A stretch of 64,000 nucleotides of DNA from Eledone cirrhosa (lineage: Eukaryota): NCBI GenBank assembly GCA_964016885.1, contig OZ024740.1:19592001-19656000 (forward strand), given 5' to 3'. A model generated the notes under the pieces. That model made no database searches and was not told where the DNA came from. It saw nothing but the letters and a program-made list of their open reading frames with translations. This document shows, piece by piece, positions 1-15,000 of this stretch (the stretch's first letter is position 1; each line of letters starts with the position of its first letter). The translations under genes and the position numbers were made by a program.

Positions 1-3000
1 GTATAATGTAGTCCAGCTATAGTGTAGTACAGGTATAATGTAGTCCAGGTATAGTGTAGTCCAGGTATAGTGTAGTCCAGGTATAGTGTAGTACAGGTAT
101 AGTTTAGTCCAGGTATAGTGTAGTCCAGGTATAATGTAGTCCAGGTATAATGTAGCCAAGGTATAGTGTAGTCCAGGTATAGTGTAGTACAGGTATAATG
201 TAGACCAGGTATAATGTACTCCTGGTATAATGTAGTCCAGGTATAATGTAGTCCAGCTATAATGTAGTCCAGGTATAATGTAGTACAGGTATAATGTAGT
301 CCAGGTATAATGTAGTCCAGGTATAATGTAGTCCAGGTATAGTGTAGTCCAGGTATAATGTAGTCCAGCTATAGTGTAGTACAGGTATAATGTAGTACAG
401 GTATAGTTTAGTCCAGGTATAGTATAGTCCAGGTATAGTGTAGTACAGGTATAGTTTAGTCCAGGTATAGTGTAGTCCAGGTATAATGTAGTCCAGGTAT
501 AATGTAGCCAAGGTATAGTGTAGTCCAGGTATAATGTAGTCCAGGTATAATGTAGTCCAGGTATAGTGTAGTCCAGGTATAGTGTAGTCCAGGTATAATG
601 TAGTCCAGGTATAATGTAGCCAAGGTATAGTGTAGTCCAGGTATAATATACTCTAGGTACAGTGTAGACCATGTATAATGTAGTCCAGCTATAATGTAGT
701 CCAGGTATAGTCTTGTCCAGGTATAATTTACTTTAGGTATAATGTAGTCGATGTATAGTGTAGTCCAGGTATTGTGTTGTCCAGGTATAATGTACTCCAT
801 ATACAGTGTAGTCAAGGTATAGTGTAGTCCAGGTATAGTGTACTCCAGGTATAATGTAGTCCAGTTATAGTGTAGTCCAGGTATAATGTAGTCCAGTTTT
901 AAAGTAGTCCAGGTATAATCTAATCCAGGTAAAGTGTAGTCCAGGTATACTGTAATCCATGTAAAGTGTAGTCAAGGTATAGTGTAGTCCAGGTATAATG
1001 TAATCCAGGTAAAGTGTAGTCCTGGTACAGTGTATTCCATGTATAGTGTAGTCTAGGTATAATGTAGTCCAGCTATAATGTAGTCCAGGAATAATATAGT
1101 CCAGTTATAGTGTAGTCCAGTTATAATGTAGTCCAGGTGTAATGTAGTCCAGGTATAGTGTAGTCCAGGTATAGTGCTGACCAGGTTGAATATAGTCCAG
1201 GTATAAAGTAGTCCAGTTATAATGTAGTCCAGATATAGTGTAGACCATGCATAGTGTAGTCCAGGTATAATGTAGTCCAGGTATAGGGTAGTCCAGGTAT
1301 AGTGTAGTCCAGGTACTGTGTAGTCCAGGTATAGTGTAGTTTAGGTATAATGTAGACCAGGTATAATGTAGTCCAGGTATAGTGTAGTCCAAGTATAGGG
1401 TAGTCCAGGTATAGTGTAGTCCAGGTATAGTGTAGTCCAGGTATAATGTAATCCAGGTACTGTGTAGTCCAGGTATAGTGTAGTTTAGGTATAATGTAGA
1501 CCAGGTATAATGTAGTCCAGGTATAGTGTAGTCCAGGTATAATGTAATCCAGTTATAATGTTGTCCAGATATAGTGTAGTTCAGGTATAATGTACTCCAT
1601 GTATAGTGTAGTCCAGGTATAGTGCTGACCAGGTTGAATATAGTCCAGGTATAATGTAGTCCAGTTATAATGTAATCCAGGTACAGTGTAGTCCAGGTAT
1701 AATGTAATCCAGTTATAATGTAGTCCAGATATAGTGTAGTTCAGGTATAATGTACTCCATGTATAGTGTAGTCCAGGTATAATGTAGTTCAGGTATAATG
1801 TAGTCCAGGTATAGTGTAGACCAGGTATAGTGTAGTCCAGGTATAATGTAATCCAGGTATAGTGTAGTCAAGGTATAATGTAGTCCATGTCTAGTGCAGT
1901 CCAGGTGTAATGTAGTCCAGTTATAATGTAGTCCAGGCATAGTGTAGTCCAGGTATAGTGTAGTCCAGGCATAATGTAGTGCAGGTATAGTGTAGTACAG
2001 GTATAATGTAGTCCAGGTATAATGTAGTCCAGGTATAGTGTTGTCCAGGTATAGTGTAGTTGAGATTTGATGTAGTGCAGTGCAGGTATGGTGAGGTCCT
2101 GGTATAATGTACTCCATGTATAGTGTAGTCCATGTATAGTGTAGTCCAGGTATAATGTAGTCCATGTATAATGTAATCCAGGGATAGTGTAGTTTAGGTA
2201 TAGTGTAGTGCAGGTATAATGTAGTCCTAGTATAGTGTCGTCCAGCTATAATGTAGTCCAGGTATAGTGTAGTCCATGTATAATGTAGTCCAGGTATAAT
2301 GTATTCCAGGTATAATGTACGCCAGGTATAATGTAGTCCATGTATGATACAGTCCAGGTATATTGTAGTCCTGGTATATTTCGTCTAGGTATAGTGTAGT
2401 CCAGGTATAATGAAGTCCAGCTATAGTGTAGTCCAGGTGTAGTGTAGTCCAGGCATAATGTAGAACGGGTGTAGTGTAGTCCTGCTATAATATAGTCCAG
2501 GTATAGTGTAAGCCAGGTATAATGTAGTCCAGGTATTGTGTAGTCCAGGTACTGTGTAGTCCGGGTATAATGTAGTCTAGGTGTAGTGTAGTCCAGGTAT
2601 AGTGTAGTCCAGGTATAATATAGTCCAGGTATAAATTAGTCCAGGTATAGTGAAGTCCAGGTGCAGAGTAGTCCAGATATAGGGTAGTCCAGGTATAGTG
2701 TAGTTCAGGTATACTGTAGTCCAGGTATACTGTAGTCCAGGTATAATGTAGTCCAGGTATAATGTAGTCCTGGTATAGTGTAGTCCAGGTATAATATAGT
2801 CCAGGTATAATGTAGACCAGGTATTATTTACCCCAGGTATAGTGTCGTACAGGTATCGTGTAGTCCAGGTATAGTGTAGTCCAGGTATAATGTAGTCCAG
2901 TTATAATGTAGTCCATGTATATTCTAGTCCAGGTATAATGTAGTACATGTAGAGTGAAGATTAGCTATAGTGTAGACAAAGTATAATATACTGCAGGTAT

Positions 3001-6000
3001 AGTGTAATCCAGGTATAATGTAGTCCAATTATGATGTAGTCCTGGTATAGTGTAGTCCTGGTATAGTGTAGTGCAGGTATAATATAGTCCAGTTATAGTG
3101 TATTTCAGGTATAGTTTAGTCCAGGTATAATGTAGACCAGTTATTATGTACCCCAGGTATAGTGTAGTACAGATATTGTGTAGTCCAAGTATAGTGAAAT
3201 CCAGGTATAGTGTAGTCCAGGTATAATGTACTCCAGGTATAGTGTAGTTCAGGGAAAATGTAGTCCAGGTATAGTGTAGTCCAGTTTTTGTGTAGTCCTC
3301 GTATAATGTATTCCATGTATAGTGTAGTCCAGGTATAATGTAGTCCAGGTATAGTGTAGTCCATGTATAGTGTAGTGCAGGTATAGTGTAGTCCCGGTAT
3401 AATGTAGTCCAGGTATAATGTAGTCCATGTATATTGAAGTCCAGGTATAGTGTAGTCCAGGTATAATGTAGTCCGGGTATAATATAGTCCAGGTATAGTG
3501 TAATCCAGGTATAGTGTAGTCCAGGTATAATGTAGTCCAGGTATAATGTAGTCCAGGTATAGTGTAATCCAGGTATAGTGTAGTCCAGGTATAATGTAGT
3601 CCATGTATAGTGTAGTCCAGGTAGAATGTAATCCAGGTATAGTGTAGACCAGGATTAGTGTAGTCCAGGTATAATGTAGTCCAGGTATAATGTAGTCCAG
3701 GTATAATTTAGTCGATGTATAGTGTAGTCCAGGTATAGTGTTGTCCAGGAATAATGTACTCCTTGTACAGTGTACTCAAGGTATAATATAGTGCATGTAT
3801 AGTGTACTCCAGGTATAATGTAGTCCAGGTATAGTGTAGTCCAGGTATAGTGTAGTCCAGGTATAATGTAATCCAGGTGAAATTTAGTCCAGGTATAATG
3901 TAATCCAGGTAAAGTGTAGTCCAGGTATAGTGTAGTCCACGTATAGTGTAGTCTAGGTATAATGTAGTCCAGGTATAGTGTAGTCCATGTATAGTGTAGT
4001 CCAGGTATATTGTTGTCTAGGTATAGTGTAGTCCAGGTATAATGTAGTCCAGGTATAGTGTACGCCAGGTATAGTGTAGTCCAGGTATAATGTAGTGCAG
4101 GTATATATTACTCCAGGTATAGTGTAGTCGAGGTATAATGTAGTCCAGGTATAGTGTAGACCAGGTATAGTGTAGTCCAGGTATAATGTAGTTCAGGTAT
4201 AGGGTAGTCCAGGTATAGTGTACTCCAGGTATAGTGTCGTCCAGGTATAGTGTAGTCCAGGTATAATGTAGTGCAGGTATATATTACTCCAGGTATAGTG
4301 TAGTCCAGGTATAATGTAAAAAAGGTATCATGTAGTCCAGGCATAGTGTAGTCCAGGTATAGTGTACTGCAGGTATAGAGTAGTCCTAATAGAGTTTAGT
4401 CCAGGTATAATGTAGTCCAGGTCTAATGTAGTCCAGGTATAAAGTAGTCCAGGTATAGTGAAGTCCAAGTGCAGTGTAGTCCAGGCATAATGTAGACCAG
4501 GTGTAGTGTAATCCAGGTATAGTGTAGTCCAGGTATAATGTAGTCCTGCTATCATGTAATCCTGGTATAGTGTAGTCCGGGTATAGTGTAGTCCAGGTAT
4601 AATGTAGTCCAGGTATAGTGTAGTCCAAATATAGTGTAGTCCAGGTATAATATAGTCCAGGTATAATGTAGCCAGGTATAATGTAGTGCAGGTATAGTGA
4701 AGTCCAGGTATAGAGTAGTCCAGGTATAATATAGTGCAGGTATAATATAGTCCAGGTATAGTGTAGTCCAGGGATAATATAGTACAGGTATAGTGTAGTA
4801 CAGTGTTAGTGTAGTCATGGTATAATATAGTCTAGGTATAGTGTAGACCAGGTATATTGTAGTCCAGGTATAGTGTAGTCCAGGTATAATGTAGTCCAGG
4901 TATAATGTAGTCCATGTATAGTGTAGTCCAGGTATAGTGTAGTCCAGGATTAGTGTAGTCCAGATATAATATAGTCCAGGTATAGTGTAGTCCAGGTATA
5001 ATGAAGTCCAGGTATAATATAGTCGAGGTATAGTGTTGTCCAGGTATAGTATTGTCCAGGTATAATGTAGTCCAGGTATAATGTAGTGCAGGTATAATGT
5101 AGTGCAGGTATAATATAGTCCAGGTATAGTGTAGTCCAGGGATATTATAGTCCAGGTATAGTGTTGTCCAATTATAGTGTAGTCCTGATATAATATAGTC
5201 TAGGTATAGTGTAGACCAGGTATATTGTAGTCCAGGTATAGTGTAGTCCATGTATAGTGTAGTCCAGGTATAATTAATCCAGGTATAGTGTAGTCCAGGA
5301 TTAGTGTAGTCCAGGTATAGTGTAGACCTGGGATAGTGTAGTCCAGGTATAGTGTACTCCAGGTATAGTGTAGACGAGGTATAATGTAGTGCAGGTATAT
5401 ATTACTCCAGGTATAGTGTAGTCGAGGTATAATGTAGTCCAGGTATAGTGTAGACCAGGTATAGTGTAGTCCAGGTATAATGTAGTTCAGGTATAGGGTA
5501 GTCCAGGTATAGTGTACTCCAGGTATAGTGTCGTCCAGGTATAGTGTAGTCCAGGTATAATGTAGTGCAGGTATATATTACTCCAGGTATAGTGTAGTCC
5601 AGGTATAATGTAAAAAAGGTATCATGTAGTCCAGGCATAGTGTAGTCCAGGTATAGTGTACTGCAGGTATAGAGTAGTCCTAATAGAGTTTAGTCCAGGT
5701 ATAATGTAGTCCAGGTCTAATGTAGTCCAGGTATAAAGTAGTCCAGGTATAGTGAAGTAAGAGTGCAGTGTAGTCCAGGCATAATGTAGACCAGGTGTAG
5801 TGTAATCCAGGTATAGTGTAGTCCAGGTATAATGTAGTCCTGCTATCATGTAATCCTGGTATAGTGTAGTCCGGGTATAGTGTAGTCCAGGTATAATGTA
5901 GTCCAGGTATAGTGTAGTCCAAATATAGTGTAGTCCAGGTATAATATAGTCCAGGTATAATGTAGCCAGGTATAATGTAGTGCAGGTATAGTGAAGTCCA

Positions 6001-9000
6001 GGTATAGAGTAGTCCAGGTATAATATAGTGCAGGTATAATATAGTCCAGGTATAGTGTAGTCCAGGGATAATATAGTACAGGTATAGTGTAGTGCAGTGT
6101 TAGTGTAGTCATGGTATAATATAGTCTAGGTATAGTGTAGACCAGGTATATTGTAGTCCAGGTATAGTGTAGTCCAGGTATAATGTAGTCCAGGTATAAT
6201 GTAGTCCATGTATAGTGTAGTCCAGGTATAGTGTAGTCCAGGATTAGTGTAGTCTAGATATAATATAGTCCAGGTATAGTGTAGTCCAGGTATAATGAAG
6301 TCCAGGTATAATATAGTCGAGGTATAGTGTTGTCCAGGTATAGTATTGTCCAGGTATAATGTAGTCCAGGTATAATGTAGTGCAGGTATAATGTAGTGCA
6401 GGTATAATATAGTCCAGGTATAGTGTAGTCCAGGGATATTATAGTCCAGGTATAGTGTTGTCCAATTATAGTGTAGTCCTAATATAATATAGTCTAGGTA
6501 TAGTGTAGACCAGGTATATTGTAGTCCAGGTATAGTGTAGTCCATGTATAGTGTAGTCCAGGTATAATTAATCCAGGTATAGTGTAGTCCAGGATTAGTG
6601 TAGTCCAGGTATAGTGTAGACCTGGGATAGTGTAGTCCAGGTATAGTGTAGTCTAGGTATAATGTAGTCCAGGTATAATGTAGGCCAGGAATAATATAGT
6701 CCAGGTATAATATGGTCCAGTTATAATGTAGTCTAGGTATAATGTAGTCCAGGTATAGTGTAGTCCAGTATAGTGCAGGCCGGGTTGAATGTAGATCAGG
6801 TATAATGTAGACCAGGTATAGTGTAGTCCAGGTATAGTGTAGTCCAGGTATAGTGTAGTCCAGCTATAATGTAATCCATGTATAGTGTAGTCTAGGTATA
6901 ATGTAGTCCAGGTATAGTGTAGTCGAGGTATAATATAGTCCAGGTATAGTGTAGTCCAGGTACAGTTTAGTCCAGGTATAATGTAGTCCAGGTGTAGGGT
7001 AGTCCAGGTATAGTGTAGTCCAGGTATAATGTAGTCCAGGTGTAAAGTAGTCCAGGTATAGTGAAGTCCAAGTTCAGTGTAGTCCATGTATAGTGTAGTC
7101 CAGGCATAATATAGACGAGGTGTAGTGTAGACCAGCTATATTGTAGTCCAAGTATAGTGTACACCAGGTATAGTGTAGTCCAGGTATAGTGTAGCCAACG
7201 TATAGTGTAGTCCAGCTATAATGTAGTCCAGGTATAAAGTAGTCCAGGTATAGTGAAGTCCAAGTTCAGTGTAGTCCAGGTATAGTGTAGTCCAGGCATA
7301 ATGTAGACGAGGTGTAGTGTAGACCAGCTATAATGTAGTCCAAGTATAGTGTACACCAGGTATAGTGTAGTCCAGGTATAGTGTAGCCAACGTATAGTGT
7401 AGTCCAGGTATAATGTAGTCCAGGTATAAAGTAGTCCAGGTATAGTGAAGTCCAAGTTCAGTGTAGTCCAGGTATAGTGTAGTCCAGGCATAATGTAGAC
7501 GAGGTGTGGTGTAGACCAGCTATAATGTAGTCCAAGTATAGTGTACACCAGGTATAGTGTAGTCCAGATATAGTTTAGAGCAGGTATAGTGTAGTCCAGC
7601 TATAATGTAATCCAGATATAGTGTAGTCCGTGTATAGTGTAGTCCAGGTATAGTGTAGTCCAGGTATAATATAGTCCAGGTATAATGTAGTCCAGGTATA
7701 ATGCAGTCCAGGTATAGTGAAGTCCAGGTATAGAGTAGTCCAGGTAGAATGTACTCCAGGTATAGTGTAGTCAAGGTTTAATATAGTGCAGGTATAGTGT
7801 AGTCCAGGGATAATATAGTCCAGGTATAGTGTAGTGCAGTGTTAGTGTAGTCCGGGTATAATATAGTTTGGGGATTAGTTTAGACCAGGTATATTGTAGT
7901 CCAGGTATAGTGTAGTCCAGGTATAATGTAGTCCAGATATAATGTAGTCCAGTTATAGTGTAGTCCAGGTATAGTGTAGCCCAGGTATAGTGTAGTCCAG
8001 GTATAATGTAGTCTATGTATAGTGTAGTCCAGGTATAATATAATCCAGGTATAGTGTAATCCAGGATTAGTGTAGTCCAGGTATAATGTAGTCCAGGTAT
8101 AGTGTAGTCCAGGTATAATGAAGTCCAGGTATAATACAGTCGATGTATAGTGTTGTCCAGGTATAGTATTGTCCAGGTATAATGTACTCCAGGTACAGCG
8201 TAGTCCGGGTATAGTGTTGTCCAGGTATAGTGTAGTCCAGATATAATGTAGTCCAGGTACAGCGTAGTCCATGTATAATGTAGTCCAGTTATAATGTAGT
8301 CCAGGTATAGTGTAGTCCAGGTATAATCAAGTCGAGGTATAATATAGTCGAGGTATAGTGTTGTCCAGGTATAGTGTTGTCCAGGTATAATGTACTCCAT
8401 GTGTATTGTACTCCAGGTATAGTGTAGTCCAGGTATAATGTAATACACGTATACTTTAGTCCAGGTATAGTGTAGACCAGGTATAGTGTAGTGCAGCTAT
8501 AATGTAGTCCTAGTATTGTATAGTCCAGGTATAATGTAGTCCAGGTATAATATAGTCCAGTTATAGTGTAGTCCAGGTATTGTGTAGTCCAGGTATAATG
8601 TAGTCCAGGTATAGTGTAGTCCATGTATAGTGTAGTGCAGGTATAGTGTAGTCCCGGTATAATGTAGTCCAGGTATAATGTAGTCCATGTATATTGAAGT
8701 CCAGGTATAGTGTAGTCCAGGTATAATGTAGTCCGGGTATAATATAGTCCAGGTATAGTGTAATCCAGGTATAGTGTAGTCCAGGTATAATGTAGTCCAG
8801 GTATAATGTAGTCCAGGTATAGTGTAATCCAGGTATAGTGTAGTCCAGGTATAATATAGTCCATGTATAGTGTAGTCCAGGTAGAATGTAATCCAGGTAT
8901 AGTGTAGACCAGGATTAGTGTAGTCCAGGTATAATGTAGTCCAGGTATAATGTAGTCCAGGTATAATTTAGTCGATGTATAGTGTAGTCCAGGTATAGTG

Positions 9001-12000
9001 TTGTCCAGGAATAATGTACTCCTTGTACAGTGTACTCAAGGTATAATATAGTGCATGTATAGTGTACTCCAGGTATAATGTAGTCCAGGTATAGTGTAGT
9101 CCAGGTATAGTGTAGTCCAGGTATAATGTAATTCAGGTGAAATTTAGTCCAGGTATAATGTAATCCAGGTAAAGTGTAGTCCAGGTATAGTGTAGTCCAC
9201 GTATAGTGTAGTCTAGGTATAATGTAGTCCAGGTATAGTGTAGTCCATGTATAGTGTAGTCCAGGTATATTGTTGTCTAGGTATAGTGTAGTCCAGGTAT
9301 AATGTAGTCCAGGTATAGTGTACTCCAGGTATAGTGTAGTCCAGGTATAATGTAGTGCAGGTATATATTACTCCAGGTATAGTGTAGTCGAGGTATAATG
9401 TAGTCCAGGTATAGTGTAGACCAGGTATAGTGTAGTCCAGGTATAATGTAGTTCAGGTATAGGGTAGTCCAGGTATAGTGTACTCCAGGTATAGTGTCGT
9501 CCAGGTATAGTGTAGTCCAGGTATAATGTAGTGCAGGTATATATTACTCCAGGTATAGTGTAGTCCAGGTATAATGTAAAAAAGGTATCATGTAGTCCAG
9601 GCATAGTGTAGTCCAGGTATAGTGTACTGCAGGTATAGAGTAGTCCTAATAGAGTTTAGTCCAGGTATAATGTAGTCCAGGTCTAATGTAGTCCAGGTAT
9701 AAAGTAGTCCAGGTATAGTGAAGTCCAAGTGCAGTGTAGTCCAGGCATAATGTAGACCAGGTGTAGTGTAATCCAGGTATAGTGTAGTCCAGGTATAATG
9801 TAGTCCTGCTATCATGTAATCCTGGTATAGTGTAGTCCGGGTATAGTGTAGTCCAGGTATAATGTAGTCCAGGTATAGTGTAGTCCAAATATAGTGTAGT
9901 CCAGGTATAATATAGTCCAGGTATAATGTAGCCAGGTATAATGTAGTGCAGGTATAGTGAAGTCCAGGTATAGAGTAGTCCAGGTATAATATAGTGCAGG
10001 TATAATATAGTCCAGGTATAGTGTAGTCCAGGGATAATATAGTACAGGTATAGTGTAGTGCAGTGTTAGTGTAGTCATGGTATAATATAGTCTAGGTATA
10101 GTGTAGACCAGGTATATTGTAGTCCAGGTATAGTGTTGTCCAGGTATAATGTAGTCCAGGTATAATGTAGTCCATGTATAGTGTAGTCCAGGTATAGTGT
10201 AGTCCAGGATTAGTGTAGTCCAGATATAATATAGTCCAGGTATAGTGTAGTCCAGGTATAATGAAGTCCAGGTATAATATAGTCGAGGTATAGTGTTGTC
10301 CAGGTATAGTATTGTCCAGGTATAATGTAGTCCAGGTATAATGTAGTGCAGGTATAATGTAGTGCAGGTATAATATAGTCCAGGTATAGTGTAGTCCAGG
10401 GATATTATAGTCCAGGTATAGTGTTGTCCAATTATAGTGTAGTCCTGATATAATATAGTCTAGGTATAGTGTAGACCAGGTATATTGTAGTCCAGGTATA
10501 GTGTAGTCCATGTATAGTGTAGTCCAGGTATAATTAATCCAGGTATAGTGTAGTCCAGGATTAGTGTAGTCCAGGTATAGTGTAGACCTGGGATAGTGTA
10601 GTCCAGGTATAGTGTACTCCAGGTATAGTGTAGACGAGGTATAATGTAGTGCAGGTATATATTACTCCAGGTATAGTGTAGTCGAGGTATAATGTAGTCC
10701 AGGTATAGTGTAGACCAGGTATAGTGTAGTCCAGGTATAATGTAGTTCAGGTATAGGGTAGTCCAGGTATAGTGTACTCCAGGTATAGTGTCGTCCAGGT
10801 ATAGTGTAGTCCAGGTATAATGTAGTGCAGGTATATATTACTCCAGGTATAGTGTAGTCCAGGTATAATGTAAAAAAGGTATCATGTAGTCCAGGCATAG
10901 TGTAGTCCAGGTATAGTGTACTGCAGGTATAGAGTAGTCCTAATAGAGTTTAGTCCAGGTATAATGTAGTCCAGGTCTAATGTAGTCCAGGTATAAAGTA
11001 GTCCAGGTATAGTGAAGTAAGAGTGCAGTGTAGTCCAGGCATAATGTAGACCAGGTGTAGTGTAATCCAGGTATAGTGTAGTCCAGGTATAATGTAGTCC
11101 TGCTATCATGTAATCCTGGTATAGTGTAGTCCGGGTATAGTGTAGTCCAGGTATAATGTAGTCCAGGTATAGTGTAGTCCAAATATAGTGTAGTCCAGGT
11201 ATAATATAGTCCAGGTATAATGTAGCCAGGTATAATGTAGTGCAGGTATAGTGAAGTCCAGGTATAGAGTAGTCCAGGTATAATATAGTGCAGGTATAAT
11301 ATAGTCCAGGTATAGTGTAGTCCAGGGATAATATAGTACAGGTATAGTGTAGTGCAGTGTTAGTGTAGTCATGGTATAATATAGTCTAGGTATAGTGTAG
11401 ACCAGGTATATTGTAGTCCAGGTATAGTGTAGTCCAGGTATAATGTAGTCCAGGTATAATGTAGTCCATGTATAGTGTAGTCCAGGTATAGTGTAGTCCA
11501 GGATTAGTGTAGTCTAGATATAATATAGTCCAGGTATAGTGTAGTCCAGGTATAATGAAGTCCAGGTATAATATAGTCGAGGTATAGTGTTGTCCAGGTA
11601 TAGTATTGTCCAGGTATAATGTAGTCCAGGTATAATGTAGTGCAGGTATAATGTAGTGCAGGTATAATATAGTCCAGGTATAGTGTAGTCCAGGGATATT
11701 ATAGTCCAGGTATAGTGTTGTCCAATTATAGTGTAGTCCTAATATAATATAGTCTAGGTATAGTGTAGACCAGGTATATTGTAGTCCAGGTATAGTGTAG
11801 TCCATGTATAGTGTAGTCCAGGTATAATTAATCCAGGTATAGTGTAGTCCAGGATTAGTGTAGTCCAGGTATAGTGTAGACCTGGGATAGTGTAGTCCAG
11901 GTATAGTGTAGTCTAGGTATAATGTAGTCCAGGTATAATGTAGGCCAGGAATAATATAGTCCAGGTATAATATGGTCCAGTTATAATGTAGTCTAGGTAT

Positions 12001-15000
12001 AATGTAGTCCAGGTATAGTGTAGTCCAGGTATAGTGCAGGCCGGGTTGAATGTAGATCAGGTATAATGTAGACCAGGTATAGTGTAGTCCAGGTATAGTG
12101 TAGTCCAGGTATAGTGTAGTCCAGCTATAATGTAATCCATGTATAGTGTAGTCTAGGTATAATGTAGTCCAGGTATAGTGTAGTCGAGGTATAATATAGT
12201 CCAGGTATAGTGTAGTCCAGGTACAGTTTAGTCCAGGTATAATGTAGTCCAGGTGTAGGGTAGTCCAGGTATAGTGTAGTCCAGGTATAATGTAGTCCAG
12301 GTATAAAGTAGTCCAGGTATAGTGAAGTCCAAGTTCAGTGTAGTCCATGTATAGTGTAGTCCAGGTATAGTGCAGGCCGGGTTGAATGTAGATCAGGTAT
12401 AATGTAGACCAGGTATAGTGTAGTCCAGGTATAGTGTAGTCCAGGTATAGTGTAGTCCAGCTATAATGTAATCCATGTATAGTGTAGTCTAGGTATAATG
12501 TAGTCCAGGCATAATATAGACGAGGTGTAGTGTAGACCAGCTATATTGTAGTCCAAGTATAGTGTACACCAGGTATAGTGTAGTCCAGGTATAGTGTAGC
12601 CAACGTATAGTGTAGTCCAGGTATAATGTAGTCCAGGTATAAAGTAGTCCAGGTATAGTGAAGTCCAAGTTCAGTGTAGTCCAGGTATAGTGTAGTCCAG
12701 GCATAATGTAGACGAGGTGTAGTGTAGACCAGCTATAATGTAGTCCAAGTATAGTGTACACCAGGTATAGTGTAGTCCAGGTATAGTGTAGCCAACGTAT
12801 AGTGTAGTCCAGGTATAATGTAGTCCAGGTATAAAGTAGTCCAGGTATAGTGAAGTCCAAGTTCAGTGTAGTCCAGGTATAGTGTAGTCCAGGCATAATG
12901 TAGACGAGGTGTGGTGTAGACCAGCTATAATGTAGTCCAAGTATAGTGTACACCAGGTATAGTGTAGTCCAGATATAGTTTAGAGCAGGTATAGTGTAGT
13001 CCAGCTATAATGTAATCCAGATATAGTGTAGTCCGTGTATAGTGTAGTCCAGGTATAGTGTAGTCCAGGTATAATATAGTCCAGGTATAATGTAGTCCAG
13101 GTATAATGCAGTCCAGGTATAGTGAAGTCCAGGTATAGAGTAGTCCAGGTAGAATGTACTCCAGGTATAGTGTAGTCAAGGTTTAATATAGTGCAGGTAT
13201 AGTGTAGTCCAGGGATAATATAGTCCAGGTATAGTGTAGTGCAGTGTTAGTGTAGTCCGGGTATAATATAGTTTTGGGATTAGTTTAGACCAGGTATATT
13301 GTAGTCCAGGTATAGTGTAGTCCAGGTATAATGTAGTCCAGATATAATGTAGTCCAGTTATAGTGTAGTCCAGGTATAGTGTAGCCCAGGTATAGTGTAG
13401 TCCAGGTATAATGTAGTCTATGTATAGTGTAGTCCAGGTATAATATAATCCAGGTATAGTGTAATCCAGGATTAGTGTAGTCCAGGTATAATGTAGTCCA
13501 GGTATAGTGTAGTCCAGGTATAATGAAGTCCAGGTATAATACAGTCGATGTATAGTGTTGTCCAGGTATAGTATTGTCCAGGTATAATGTACTCCAGGTA
13601 CAGCGTAGTCCGGGTATAGTGTTGTCCAGGTATAGTGTAGTCCAGATATAATGTAGTCCAGGTACAGCGTAGTCCATGTATAATGTAGTCCAGTTATAAT
13701 GTAGTCCAGGTATAGTGTAGTCCAGGTATAATCAAGTCGAGGTATAATATAGTCGAGGTATAGTGTTGTCCAGGTATAGTGTTGTCCAGGTATAATGTAC
13801 TCCATGTGTATTGTACTCCAGGTATAGTGTAGTCCAGGTATAATGTAATACACGTATACTTTAGTCCAGGTATAGTGTAGACCAGGTATAGTGTAGTGCA
13901 GCTATAATGTAGTCCTAGTATTGTATAGTCCAGGTATAATGTAGTCCAGGTATAATATAGTCCAGTTATAGTGTAGTCCAGGTATTGTGTAGTCCAGGTA
14001 TAATGTAATCCAGGTATAGTATAGTCTAGGTATAATGTAGTCCAGGTATAGTGTAGTCCAGATATAATATAGTCTAGGTATAGTGTAGTCCAGGTATAGT
14101 ATAGACCTGGTATAGTGTAGTCCAGGTATAATGTAGTTCAGGTATAATCTAGTCCTGATATAGTGTGATCCAGGTATAATTCATTCCAGGTACAGTGTAG
14201 TGCAGGTATAATGTAGTCCAGGTATAGTGTAGTCCAGGTATAATGTAATCAAGGTATAGTGTAGTCCAGGATTAGTGTAGTCCGGGTATACTGTAGTCCA
14301 GGTATAGTGTAGTCCAGGTATAATATAGTCCAGGTATAGTGAATTACAGGTATAGTGTAGTGCAGATATAATATAGTCCAGATATAGTGTAGTCCAGTTA
14401 TTGTGTAGTCCTGTTATAATATAGTCTAGGTATAGTGTAGACCAGGTATAATGTAGTCCAGGTATAGTGTAGTCCAGGTATAATGTAGTCCATGTATAGT
14501 GTAGTCCAGGTATAATATAATCCAGGTATAGTGTAGTCCAGGATTAGTGTAGTCCAGGTATAGTGTAGTCCATGTATAGTGTAGTCCAGGTATAATATAA
14601 TCCAGGTATAGTGTAGTCTAGGTATAATGGAGTCCAGGTATAATGTAGTCCAGGTATAGTGTAGTCCAGGTATAATGTAGTCCAGGTATAGTGTAGTCCA
14701 TGTATAATGTAGTCCAGGTGTAATGTAGGCCAGGAATAATATAGTCCAGGTATAGTGTAGTCCAGGTATAATGTAGTCCAGTTATAATGTAGTCCAGGTA
14801 TAATGTAGTCCAGGTATAGTGTAGTCCAGGTATAGTGCAGTCCAGGCTGAATGTAGTCCAAGTATAATGTAGTCCAGTTTTAATGTATTCCAGGTATAAT
14901 GTAATCCAGGTAAATATAGTCCAGGTATAATGTAGTCCAGTTATAATATAGTCGAGGTATAGTGTAGACCAGGTATAATGTAATCCAGGTATAATGTAGT